Shown: piece by piece, positions 38,516 through 47,527 of the stretch
Layout of the letters: every line of letters starts with the position of its first letter
How positions within the stretch are numbered: position 1 is the first letter of the stretch
DNA from: Roseibacillus sp.
Lineage (GTDB): Bacteria > Verrucomicrobiota > Verrucomicrobiia > Verrucomicrobiales > Akkermansiaceae
Direction: 5' to 3'
NCBI GenBank assembly: GCA_051251855.1
Contig: JBPOGI010000002.1
Coordinates: 736,001 to 800,000 of the forward strand
DNA length: 64,000 bases
The notes under the pieces: generated by a model
Told to the model about the DNA's origin: nothing
What the model saw: the letters and a program-made list of their open reading frames with translations, nothing else
Databases searched by the model: none
Made by a program: the position numbers and the translations under genes

Positions 38516-39066
38516 TGACGATTAGTGATTTGGCGAAGGAGCTGGTGGCGGAGGTGATTGTGCGTGGGGATCGTGCGGTGGATGCGACAATGGGGAATGG
38601 TTGGGACACTCTTTTTCTTGCGGAGAAGGTGGGGGAAGAAGGGCGGGTCTTTGCCTTTGATGTCCAGGCGGCAGCTTTGGTTTCGACGCGGAAGAAGTTG
38701 GTGAAGGCTGAGTTGTTAGAGCGTTGTGAGATTTTTGAAAGAGGGCATGAGGAGATGGATGAAGTGGTGTCTGCTGAGGTGGGGGCGGTGATGTTTAATT
38801 TGGGATATTTGCCCTATGCAGAGAAAGAAATTACCACGTGCCGGGAGACGACTTTGCAAGCACTGGATACGGCGGCGTTGCTCTTGAGAGCAGGTGGGAT
38901 TTTGACGGTGATTTGTTACCGCGGTCATCCTGGAGGGCAGGAAGAGGCGGCGGGAGTGCTCGCTTGGGCCGCAGAGCAAGAGGGCTTTGTGAAGGACGGA
39001 CCTACGGAATTGCCGGAGGGGGTGAAGCCGTTTTTGTTGAGTCTTAAGAAGAAGGCGACTGAGTGA
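38515..39066 (+). CDS. SAM-dependent methyltransferase, YtqB/MnmM family
   Basis: VDATMGNGWDTLFLA, AFDVQ, GHE, MFNLGYLP, YRGHPGGQEE. Confidence 0.85.
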   Translation: MTISDLAKELVAEVIVRGDRAVDATMGNGWDTLFLAEKVGEEGRVFAFDVQAAALVSTRKKLVKAELLERCEIFERGHEEMDEVVSAEVGAVMFNLGYLPYAEKEITTCRETTLQALDTAALLLRAGGILTVICYRGHPGGQEEAAGVLAWAAEQEGFVKDGPTELPEGVKPFLLSLKKKATE

Positions 39067-41188
39067 TGGCGTTTTCGATTTCGGCGAGGGTTTCGCTGAC
39101 GTCGATGGGCGGGTGGAGGACGCGGAGATGCAAGACGTAGTGACCTCCTTCGACGGGAGTTTGCGCTAGAATGAGACGGATGGGGCCGCGTTGAAGGTCG
39201 GCTTCGGACTCGTCAGAGGCGATGTTCCAATTGGTATCAAGGAGTTGTTTGAGAACTCGTGCCCTTGGCTCCGAGTCGCTCAAAGGATAATCGCGCCGGG
39301 TCTTTTTTTCGAGAGGATCGTGGTTGGGGACCGGGGCTTGCCAACTAGAGGTTGGTCCACCGTTTTCCTTGCGCGTTTCCCGGCGTTGATAGCGGGCAAG
39401 CCATTCAGTGCCCTTTCTGATGAAACGGTTCAACCGGGTATCGAAAGCGCGCGATAGCGGGCGCGTCGGCATGTGGGTGAGATGAAGGATTTGAAAGGGA
39501 GCTTCTCCCATTGGTCCGTGATAGATGACCGAATTATGGTCAACCGTTAAGGGCGCTCCCGAGTAAATGAATCCCTGCCAGCGAATGCCGTTGGAGCCGA
39601 AGCGCTCAGGGTGTTTTTGGAATAGCAGCGCCTCTGCTTCGCCGTAGCCACGTTGTTGGCGAAGAAAGCCTTTGATGGTGGGGCGGCGGTCATGGAAAAC
39701 ATAAGCGGCAGGATGGAAGGCGAGTTCGTGTCCGGCATCAAGCAACCGCCAACAGACATCGACGTCATCACCGGCAGCATGGAAACGCTTGTCGAAGCCG
39801 CCAATCTCTAACAAGAGTTCTCGACGGAGGGCGAAGTTGCACCCGGGGAGGTGTTCGGCTGTGGTGTCGTTGAAAAGTATGTGAGAGGCATTTCCGGCAC
39901 AGGCCGTGACGATGGCGTTTTGGCGAGAAACCGGGGTGGGAGGAAGATTGGGGCCTCCGGCAGCGGCGGCCTTGGGGTTTTCGGCAAAGGCTTGGCGTAG
40001 GTAGTGCAGCCACTGCGGATAAGGTCGGGCGTCGTCGTCGATGTAGACAATGAACTCGCCTTTGCCTTCGCGAGCGGCGTGGTTGCGAGCGGCAGAGAGG
40101 CCGGAGGGAGGCTGGGTCAGGAGGTGGCAGTTAAGGTGACTGCCTGCGATAAATTTCTTGATGATGGTATCGGTCTCATCGGTGGAACCGTCATCAATGA
40201 TGATTAGTTCGAATTTGGGGTCTTCGATTTGTTCGAAGTGGGGGAGGTTTTTTTTCAGGCGATGGCCTCCGTCGCGGGTGCAGATGGCGATGGTGAAGAG
40301 AGGGAGGGGCGATTTCTCTTTCTTTGGTTGAGAGAATTGTTTGGAGAGGGTGGCGAGGGCAGGTTTGGCGGTGCCGTCGCGGCGGGTGAGGCCGAAGGAC
40401 CAGTCGAGGATTTCGCGACCGCCATTGAACCAAAGGTCGCACCACGAATAGACTGTGAAGCCAGCGGTGCCGTGGTTTTGGGCGCTTTGAAAGGCCCACG
40501 AGAGCATCTCACTTTGCTTTTTTTCTAGGTCATGGTTGGAGAGGTTTGGGGCGCCTTCGGTCCAGGTGTTGAATCCGAATTCGGTGAGGAGGAGAGGACG
40601 GTCGCCTGCGATATTGTGGAGTCGCTGGAGGTAGCTTTCGAATTTTGACTGCTCTTCTAGGTAGACGTTGAAAGCGGTGAAGTCAGCGTTGCGGGGCTCG
40701 AGATATTCGGTGGTTGGGAAGTTGGCGTAGGCGTAAAGAAGAGCAGGGGCGTGCTTGCGGCATTCGGTGATGATGTCTTCAAGGACTTCGCGGACTTTGA
40801 CCGGGCCCATGAAGCGAACGAGGTCGGGCCGGATTTCGTTCGCGATAAGAACGGCGGCGAGGGCGGGGTGTTTCCCATGGCGAGTGAGAAAGAGGGATAG
40901 GTCGCGCTTGGCGTCGCCAATGGTGTCTGGGTTTTCAGTGAAGAGGGAGTCGGAATACCAAGGGACGGTGGCGAAAATGACGAGGTTGTTTTGCTCGGCT
41001 AGATCAAGTTCCTCCTTGTTGGGTGCCCCGTAGAGGCGAATGGCGTTAAAGCCGGCTGCCGAGATGCGGGGGAATTCGAGGGAAGGGTCGAGCTGTTGCT
41101 CAGGGGGGAAGGGGCCGTAGGTGACGGCGTTGACGAAGCAAGGCTTTCCCTGATTCTCGAAGAATCGACCGTTGATTGTGAGTGCCAC
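39044..41188 (-). CDS. Glycoside hydrolase (GH2/GH5-like TIM barrel) - glycosyltransferase family 2 fusion
   Basis: N-terminal VTYGPF, GFNAIRLY, ANE, LTEFG; C-terminal IDDGSTD, GLSAARN, YIDDDA, GCNFA, GDDVDVCWR. Confidence 0.85.
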   Translation of the reverse strand: MALTINGRFFENQGKPCFVNAVTYGPFPPEQQLDPSLEFPRISAAGFNAIRLYGAPNKEELDLAEQNNLVIFATVPWYSDSLFTENPDTIGDAKRDLSLFLTRHGKHPALAAVLIANEIRPDLVRFMGPVKVREVLEDIITECRKHAPALLYAYANFPTTEYLEPRNADFTAFNVYLEEQSKFESYLQRLHNIAGDRPLLLTEFGFNTWTEGAPNLSNHDLEKKQSEMLSWAFQSAQNHGTAGFTVYSWCDLWFNGGREILDWSFGLTRRDGTAKPALATLSKQFSQPKKEKSPLPLFTIAICTRDGGHRLKKNLPHFEQIEDPKFELIIIDDGSTDETDTIIKKFIAGSHLNCHLLTQPPSGLSAARNHAAREGKGEFIVYIDDDARPYPQWLHYLRQAFAENPKAAAAGGPNLPPTPVSRQNAIVTACAGNASHILFNDTTAEHLPGCNFALRRELLLEIGGFDKRFHAAGDDVDVCWRLLDAGHELAFHPAAYVFHDRRPTIKGFLRQQRGYGEAEALLFQKHPERFGSNGIRWQGFIYSGAPLTVDHNSVIYHGPMGEAPFQILHLTHMPTRPLSRAFDTRLNRFIRKGTEWLARYQRRETRKENGGPTSSWQAPVPNHDPLEKKTRRDYPLSDSEPRARVLKQLLDTNWNIASDESEADLQRGPIRLILAQTPVEGGHYVLHLRVLHPPIDVSETLAEIENAITQSPSS

Positions 41189-41257
41189 TGCGGAAGCATC
41201 AGGTATGTGCGCTCAAAGGTCCAACCTTGAGCGCGTGATGCAGGGGAATGAGAGAGG

Positions 41258-41548
41258 TTAGACGCCTTTTTTGCTGCGAGTGCGGGCTTCGGCTAGGATT
41301 TCGAGGTAGAAAGACACTTTCTCTTCTTTCTCGGCAGCATCGATTTTCGTGAAAATTTCAGCTTCGTGAATGGGAGCTTTTGATTCTGGGGTTTCGCCGA
41401 ATTGGCAGTTGAAGCCCCAGAAATCGAAGCCTTCGGGGAGCTTTTTGCCGCGCTCCCGTTTGATGTATTTGTTGATTTCACCTTTGGCCGCTTCGACTTT
41501 TCGGGCGGGTTTGATTTTGGGATGAGTGAGGGTGAAAGTCTTTTTCAT
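41258..41548 (-). CDS. DUF6172-like small basic protein
   Basis: MKKTF...KYIKRERGKKLPEGFDFWGFNCQFG...FYLEILA. Confidence 0.75.
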   Translation of the reverse strand: MKKTFTLTHPKIKPARKVEAAKGEINKYIKRERGKKLPEGFDFWGFNCQFGETPESKAPIHEAEIFTKIDAAEKEEKVSFYLEILAEARTRSKKGV

Positions 41549-41638
41549 GGTTGTTGAGGAGTCTTGTGACCGTGGGTCGCGGGCAACAAGTGTTTCTTGA
41601 TTTTTAATTGGGATGATTTGGGCGCTGAGAGGCATGAG

Positions 41639-42829
41639 CTACTGGGCGTGGTAGGCGGCGGTTGAGGTGGAAGTGGTGCTGGGGGGGATCTCGACGAAGC
41701 CGCTGGCGGAGAGGGGGCTGGTGGTGTCGCCGGAGTTTTGGGGGGTGATGAGTTGGAGTTGGCCGTTGGGTTGGAGGATGGCGGGGAGGAAGAGGGTGAG
41801 CTTGGGGTGGGGTTGTTGGGGGCTCGTGAGCGGAAGGGTGATGGGTTCGGGAATGGCGTGGCCTGCTAGGAGGTGGAGGGCGGGGCGGACGTAGCGGAGG
41901 AAGGTGGTGTGGGTGGAGTTGGGGTTGCCGGGGAGGGCGAAGAGGGGTGGGTTTTTGCTACTAGGTTTCCAGTAGGCGAGAGGTTTGCCGGGGCGTTGGG
42001 CGATGCCGTGGAAGGTGGGTGGACCGATGAGGGATTCGAGGGCGGGGCGGATGAAGTCTTTTTTGCCTTTGGAAATGCCGCCAGAGAGGAGGATGAGGTC
42101 GGAGGAGGTGAGGGCTTGTTCGAGGGCGGCGATGGTGAGGTCGAGGTCGTCGGGGAGGTGTTGGACTTGGATGGACCGGTTCGTTGGGGCGGCTTGCAAA
42201 GCCACGCTCCTGAGGACGGTGCCGTTGGATTGGCGGAGTTGGTGCGGGAGGGGTGACTGGTCGGGTGGGACGAGTTCGTCACCGGTGGTGAGGATGGTGA
42301 TGCGCGGGTGGCGGGTGACGGTGAGTTCGGTGGCGCCGATGGTGGCGGCGAGGCCGAGGTGGGAGGGGGTGAGGACTGTTCCGGGATTGAGGAGTGTCGT
42401 GCCAGCGGGACTGTCGGAGCCTTGGCGGTGGATGAACTGACCGGGTTGGGGATTGGCAGCGGGTGAGAGGGTGGCGTGGGTTTCGGAGAGGGTGAGTTCT
42501 TCGATGGGAATGATGGTCTCGCAGTCGGGAGGGAGGACGGCGCCGGTCATGATTTGCCAGCAGTGGGCGGGTTTGAGTTTTTCGGGAATGGGGGAGCCGG
42601 CGGGGTGGAGGCCTTGGATGGTGAGGGGGCCGAGGGAGAGGTCGGTTGATCGGCAAGCGATGCCATCCATGGTGACGCGGTCAAAGGGTGGGAAGTCGCG
42701 GTCGGCGACGAGGCTTTCCCGCAGGGTTCGGCCGAGGGCGCTGTCGAAGGGGACTTGTTCGGCTGGGAGGGGCGTGATGTGCTCGCGAATGTGAGCGTCG
42801 GCTTGAGCAGGAGTGATGAGCGGATTCAT
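41639..42829 (-). CDS. moeA: Molybdopterin molybdotransferase MoeA
   Basis: DFPPFDRVTMDG, IMTGAVLP, TTGDELV, SGGISKGKKD, QRPGKPL, LPGNP. Confidence 0.95.
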   Translation of the reverse strand: MNPLITPAQADAHIREHITPLPAEQVPFDSALGRTLRESLVADRDFPPFDRVTMDGIACRSTDLSLGPLTIQGLHPAGSPIPEKLKPAHCWQIMTGAVLPPDCETIIPIEELTLSETHATLSPAANPQPGQFIHRQGSDSPAGTTLLNPGTVLTPSHLGLAATIGATELTVTRHPRITILTTGDELVPPDQSPLPHQLRQSNGTVLRSVALQAAPTNRSIQVQHLPDDLDLTIAALEQALTSSDLILLSGGISKGKKDFIRPALESLIGPPTFHGIAQRPGKPLAYWKPSSKNPPLFALPGNPNSTHTTFLRYVRPALHLLAGHAIPEPITLPLTSPQQPHPKLTLFLPAILQPNGQLQLITPQNSGDTTSPLSASGFVEIPPSTTSTSTAAYHAQ

Positions 42830-42850
42830 GGGAGGCGTGTTTGAAGGCTG

Positions 42851-43471
42851 TTAGGCTGGGCGCTCGATTTCGAAAAGGTCTTGGGTGTGGGTATACCAGT
42901 CGGGGGAGGCCATGCGTCCGACGGGGGTCCAGTCTTTCTGGTCCAAGTGGTAGTTCGTGGGGTCGAGGAGCCCGTCTTTGGCAAAGATGTGTTGCACGAC
43001 GCCGATGACGAGGCGGTTGGTTCCGATTTCGATGGTTTGGTGTTCGGTGCACTCGAGGGCGACGGGACATTCTTTGATGCGAGGAGGAGCGACGCGGAGA
43101 GAGGGGGTGGTGGTCAGTCCGGCGGCTTCGAGTTCGCTTTCGCCATCGGGGAGGGAGGCGGAGGTGGCGACCATGGCGTCGGCGAGTTCGGGCGGGACGA
43201 GGTGAATGACGAATTCGCGGTTTTCGCGAATGTTGCGGGCGGTGTCTTTGGCGATGGCGGGTTGGCCGTTTTTGGCGGGTGCTTTGTTGCCGGGGGCGAA
43301 AGCGACGAGGGGTGGGTTGGAGCCGAAGACGTTGAAAAAGGAAAAGGGGGCGGCATTGACGCGGCCGAGGTTGTCGACAGTCGTGACCCAGGCAATGGGG
43401 CGGGGAGTGACGAGGGAGGAGAGAATTTTATAGCGGTCGGAGGGTTTGAGCGCAGGGAGGTCGATTTCCAT
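42851..43471 (-). CDS. Flavin reductase family protein (DIM6/NTAB-like)
   Basis: PRPIAWVTT, NAAPFSFFN, KDTARNI, PPRIKECPVALEC. Confidence 0.9.
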   Translation of the reverse strand: MEIDLPALKPSDRYKILSSLVTPRPIAWVTTVDNLGRVNAAPFSFFNVFGSNPPLVAFAPGNKAPAKNGQPAIAKDTARNIRENREFVIHLVPPELADAMVATSASLPDGESELEAAGLTTTPSLRVAPPRIKECPVALECTEHQTIEIGTNRLVIGVVQHIFAKDGLLDPTNYHLDQKDWTPVGRMASPDWYTHTQDLFEIERPA

Positions 43472-43552
43472 GGGGGGAGAATAGGCCGCCAGTAGGAAAT
43501 TTCACTTCGTTACTTCAAAAAGTGGAGGGGAACTGTCCTTGAAGGAGCATTA

Positions 43553-43569
43553 TGTGACGAAACTGTCAC
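43553..43569. promoter_or_regulatory. TGTGAC-N6-GTCAC motif (Pho-box-like) upstream of the TonB-dependent receptor
   Basis: TGTGAC-GAAACT-GTCAC; three copies in this locus. Confidence 0.65.
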
Positions 43570-43620
43570 CGGTGGAGGCGCGATATTCGGGGTGGGTTCA
43601 GTTTGTATCTCGGTCAATTT

Positions 43621-46600
43621 ATGCAGCAATCCGTTGGCGGCAGAATGGGCGCGCTCCTTTCCTCTGTTTTATCTTTTTCCCGTGCATGGACTCTTGCTTT
43701 GGTGCTGGTGCTTGGATGTTTGCTGAGCCTTCCTTTGATTTTGGCTGATGAGGATTTAGAGGAGAAGACGGAAGAAGGGTTCGATAGGGAAGTTGCTGAG
43801 TTAACCGAGGGAGAGCTTGGGGAGGAAGTGGGGGAAGTGGAGCTGGGCGAAGAGATGCCTTTGGATGAAGAAGTGAGCGAGGAAGAAGGAAACGTTTTGG
43901 CGGAGGTGGGAGAGGAAGGTGGGAGGGAATTTTTTGACGATGAAATTGGTGAGCTTGAGGAGTCGGAAGTCACGAAGGAGAAAGCCGGGGACAAGGCGGT
44001 TGTTCAGGAACTTTCTTTGGAAAAAGGTCAAATGGAAAGCCAAGGAGGAAAGCAAGGGGCACTTACTGAAGGAGGGGCGACAGCGGACAGCGGCGATGAA
44101 GTGATGCCTAGGTCCGATGATGAACTATTGAGCCAATTGGAAGCGGAGAGCGAAGAGCCTTCCTCAGAAATGGGGGTGGCGGTGAGCTCTTCGGAATCGA
44201 TTCCGCTTCCGAAGAAGGCGCCGGGAGATTCTGAGGGTGGACCTAACGAGCTCTTGCCGCAGATGGAAGGCATCTTAGGAGAGGTCTTTGGGCCCAATGG
44301 AGAAGGATTGCCGGGGGTGGTGGTGAGCATTCCTGCGATGGATCGTTCGACTCGTGCGGACCAAGAGGGTGAGTTTGGCTTTGCGGATCTGCCTGCGGCG
44401 GAGTTGGTGATTCAGTTCAATAAGTTGGGTTACAAAGTGGCGAGCCGGACTGTGATTCTCAAAGAAGGGGAGTCGGTTGAAATCAGTCAGGCGATGGAAG
44501 AGCAGCCAGTCGAATATGATGACGGTGAATACGAGATGGATGAGGTGGAAGTGGTGGGGGAGTATGTCGAGGAGGAGAAGGCGGAGATTGTCTTCGATGA
44601 CGTGGCGGGAGGAATCAAGTTGGAGGCCTCCATCGGGCAGGTGGAATTTACCAAGAAAAATATCAGCACGGCGGCGGATGCGATTGCGAAGATTTCGGGA
44701 GCGAATGTGGTCGATGGCAAGCGTCCGGTGGTGCGAGGTTTGGCGGACCGCTACATTACGACCACCTTTAATGGAGGCAGTGTGGCTTCGACGACGCCTT
44801 TGCGGAAGGCGGTCGAGCTGGACCTCTTTCCCACCAGCGTGATTCAGGAGATTAAGATCAACAAGGTCTACAATGCCACTCTGCCCGGGGACTTTGGAGG
44901 AGCGGCGATTGATATTGTTTCGAGAAATTTTCCTGAGGAACGAACCTTTAGCTTCAAGGTGGACTCAGGATTCAATGACAACTGGGTGGGGGATGATTTC
45001 TTTGTGAGCCAAGCTCCGGAGTTGGACTTTTGGGGGAATGCCGACTTTCCGGATTACCGAGCGATTCTTGGAGCGGCCGAGGGGGCGACTGCGGAAGAAC
45101 GAGCCCTCATTTGGGGGGAAGCGGTGAGAACGCATAATTTTCTTCCTGAGAAAGATAACCAACAGATGGACCTGGGATTTTCTCTCAACTACGGTGATTC
45201 CTTTGATGTGGGGCGAAGTGGAAAGTTCGGGGTCGTCCTTGCAGTGTCTCACGATAACGAAGACCGGGCGATTGTGGGCGGGCTGGTGGATCGGGGTGAT
45301 AGTGGGGGGCGCTATCTTTTTGATGATTTTCAGCGCACTGTGGACTGGAGCTCGATGCTGGGATTAACTTGGCAGGTTTCAGATGCCCATGAATTGAAGG
45401 CGACGTTTTTCAAGAAGCATGTCGGGACCAGTCTGGCCCGTAATCTTTACAATTGGGAAGACCCTGCGGGAGAGTTTGAGATTACCCGTGAGTTGGTAAC
45501 GGAGTCTAACAATGGAGGACTGTATGCTTCGATTGGAGGAAACGTTGCTGAAGTATTGGGAGGGAATTTCTGGGGGATTATTCAAGATGAAAACTCGCTG
45601 GAGATTGTGCAGTTGGCAGGACGTCATAAGCTCTTTGGAGACTCACTGGACGATGAGGATGGGGCACTGTTTGAGTGGGCGCTGACCCGGACCGAAAATG
45701 AAATTGTCACCGATACGAGTGTAACCCGCCGCATTGAGTTGGACTTTGATAGTGCCGCGGTGCGCGAAGCCTCGGCGGGAGCGGGTTTGACTGTGGACCA
45801 GTTTACGGTGGATACGCGGTTTGCCGGCGATGCTCAGAGCCTTGCCCAGTCGACCTATCTCAAGCCCCGCTTCGGAAACGCCACCGATCGACCTCTGAGT
45901 AGCGCGGATGTCGCTTCCATCCAATCGTGGAGTGACTTGGAGAGTTTGCTTTTGAATGCGGGGGTGAGCACCAACGCTTTGGATACTTATAACAACAGCC
46001 TCGCTGGAGCTCTTGATGGTGCTAATCAGCCTCGGACCGACTACGACCCTTCTCGTGGGACTGCTTTTGCGATCTACAATGGAGTGACGCCCAATCAGCT
46101 GAAGTCTTTTAAAGAAAATTTCACGCAGTTCGAGCGGACGGAGAACTTCAAGACGGACTTTACCTTTCCTTTCCTCCTTGGGGGGAGTGAGCTCGAGAGT
46201 CGGCTGACCCTGAGAACAGGGATTAATTATGAACGTCGGAATCGTAGTGAGCGGGCGATCGAAGTTGCGGTGGATAATCAGCGCTGGGGACAGGTGGCTT
46301 CGGATGATGTTCTGACTCCGGGTTCTGATCCCAGTGGAGGGTATTCGCAGATTTTTATCGATACTGCCAACAGTTCGAATGGTACCGCTCCCATTCTTGA
46401 CCCGACCCTTGAGCCGGGGAGCGCAGTTTCTGAGGCTCGGGACATCGATGCGGAAGTGATTACCACTGGTTATTATGGTGATGCGGAGTACCGAAGCGGC
46501 GACTTCGTCTTTCGAGTAGGGGGCCGGCATGAACAAGTGGACAGAAGCTATGTTCTGTTAGGTTTTGGCGATGGCAGTGGGGGGCAGAGCCAAAATAAGG

Positions 46601-47415
46601 CAAACATTTTTGGGGCGAGCGCAGGCTATACGTTCTCGAACGATTTGAGCTTCCTCGTCGGGATGTCGAATACGGTTGCTCGCCCGGTAGTGAAGGAGAC
46701 TTTACCCGTGAGACAAGTCAATCAGGAAGATGGTTCCACCTTTCGAGGGAACGCGGAGCTACAAGATGCGGAGATTCAAAACTTGGATCTCTCGCTGGTT
46801 TTTCCAGAGTATAATGGAATCAACAGTAGACTATCGCTTTTTCACAAGAAGCTTACGGGGCCTCCGGTCTACATCGATAATGCGGGAGATGTCACTATCG
46901 CGAATGGAGACTCGGGATTGATTCGAGGGTTGGAATTCGAGACTGAGGTCGATCTGATGGGGCCGTTTTCTTTCGATTTGAACTATGCTTATATTCAAGG
47001 GGATTTGAAGTATGGAGGGTTGTCGACCTCGTCGGTGCCGGGTGAGGATTTAGTATCAACGTTCCCAGAGCAGCCGCGGCATGTTCTCAATATGAGTCTG
47101 GGCTATGAGAGCGAGGATTTGGGGCTCAATGTAAATTTGGCTTACAACTATGTCAGCGAGTATGTTGTGACTTTGCCATCGACTTCGAATGGCGCTTTTC
47201 AGATGAAGCAACCTTCGCCCAAGCTTGATTTGGTCTTCACGAAAAATTTCGAAGTTTATGACAGTGACCTTGTTCTGGGTTTTGCGATGAAGAACATTCT
47301 TGGCTCCAACGATGAGGTTTGGAACGTGGGCTATCAGGACAATGGGTTCCAAGGAATTCGGTCGGAATATAGCCCTGGCCGGAACTTTAGCTTTTGGCTG
47401 AAGTCGACTTTCTAA
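43621..47415 (+). CDS. TonB-dependent receptor with acidic N-terminal extension and carboxypeptidase-regulatory-like domain
   Basis: GEGLPGVVV..FNKLGY domain, plug VVRGLADRY..VELDLFP, GDFGGAAIDI, TVARP, GNAELQ..IQNLDL, GLEFE, C-terminal GRNFSFWLKSTF; start 43621 or 43645. Confidence 0.9.
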   Translation: MQQSVGGRMGALLSSVLSFSRAWTLALVLVLGCLLSLPLILADEDLEEKTEEGFDREVAELTEGELGEEVGEVELGEEMPLDEEVSEEEGNVLAEVGEEGGREFFDDEIGELEESEVTKEKAGDKAVVQELSLEKGQMESQGGKQGALTEGGATADSGDEVMPRSDDELLSQLEAESEEPSSEMGVAVSSSESIPLPKKAPGDSEGGPNELLPQMEGILGEVFGPNGEGLPGVVVSIPAMDRSTRADQEGEFGFADLPAAELVIQFNKLGYKVASRTVILKEGESVEISQAMEEQPVEYDDGEYEMDEVEVVGEYVEEEKAEIVFDDVAGGIKLEASIGQVEFTKKNISTAADAIAKISGANVVDGKRPVVRGLADRYITTTFNGGSVASTTPLRKAVELDLFPTSVIQEIKINKVYNATLPGDFGGAAIDIVSRNFPEERTFSFKVDSGFNDNWVGDDFFVSQAPELDFWGNADFPDYRAILGAAEGATAEERALIWGEAVRTHNFLPEKDNQQMDLGFSLNYGDSFDVGRSGKFGVVLAVSHDNEDRAIVGGLVDRGDSGGRYLFDDFQRTVDWSSMLGLTWQVSDAHELKATFFKKHVGTSLARNLYNWEDPAGEFEITRELVTESNNGGLYASIGGNVAEVLGGNFWGIIQDENSLEIVQLAGRHKLFGDSLDDEDGALFEWALTRTENEIVTDTSVTRRIELDFDSAAVREASAGAGLTVDQFTVDTRFAGDAQSLAQSTYLKPRFGNATDRPLSSADVASIQSWSDLESLLLNAGVSTNALDTYNNSLAGALDGANQPRTDYDPSRGTAFAIYNGVTPNQLKSFKENFTQFERTENFKTDFTFPFLLGGSELESRLTLRTGINYERRNRSERAIEVAVDNQRWGQVASDDVLTPGSDPSGGYSQIFIDTANSSNGTAPILDPTLEPGSAVSEARDIDAEVITTGYYGDAEYRSGDFVFRVGGRHEQVDRSYVLLGFGDGSGGQSQNKANIFGASAGYTFSNDLSFLVGMSNTVARPVVKETLPVRQVNQEDGSTFRGNAELQDAEIQNLDLSLVFPEYNGINSRLSLFHKKLTGPPVYIDNAGDVTIANGDSGLIRGLEFETEVDLMGPFSFDLNYAYIQGDLKYGGLSTSSVPGEDLVSTFPEQPRHVLNMSLGYESEDLGLNVNLAYNYVSEYVVTLPSTSNGAFQMKQPSPKLDLVFTKNFEVYDSDLVLGFAMKNILGSNDEVWNVGYQDNGFQGIRSEYSPGRNFSFWLKSTF

Positions 47416-47430
47416 GAGGCGGTCTCCCAA

Positions 47431-47448
47431 TGTGACCAATTTGTCACA
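47431..47448. promoter_or_regulatory. TGTGAC-N6-GTCACA motif
   Basis: TGTGAC-CAATTT-GTCACA, perfect inverted repeat. Confidence 0.7.
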
Positions 47449-47527
47449 CCGGTCTTCTCGACGAAGAAACAGGTATCCCTAGTTTGCGGGCGGTCCCAGA
47501 CGTGGCCGTATTCGAAGATAAAAAACT

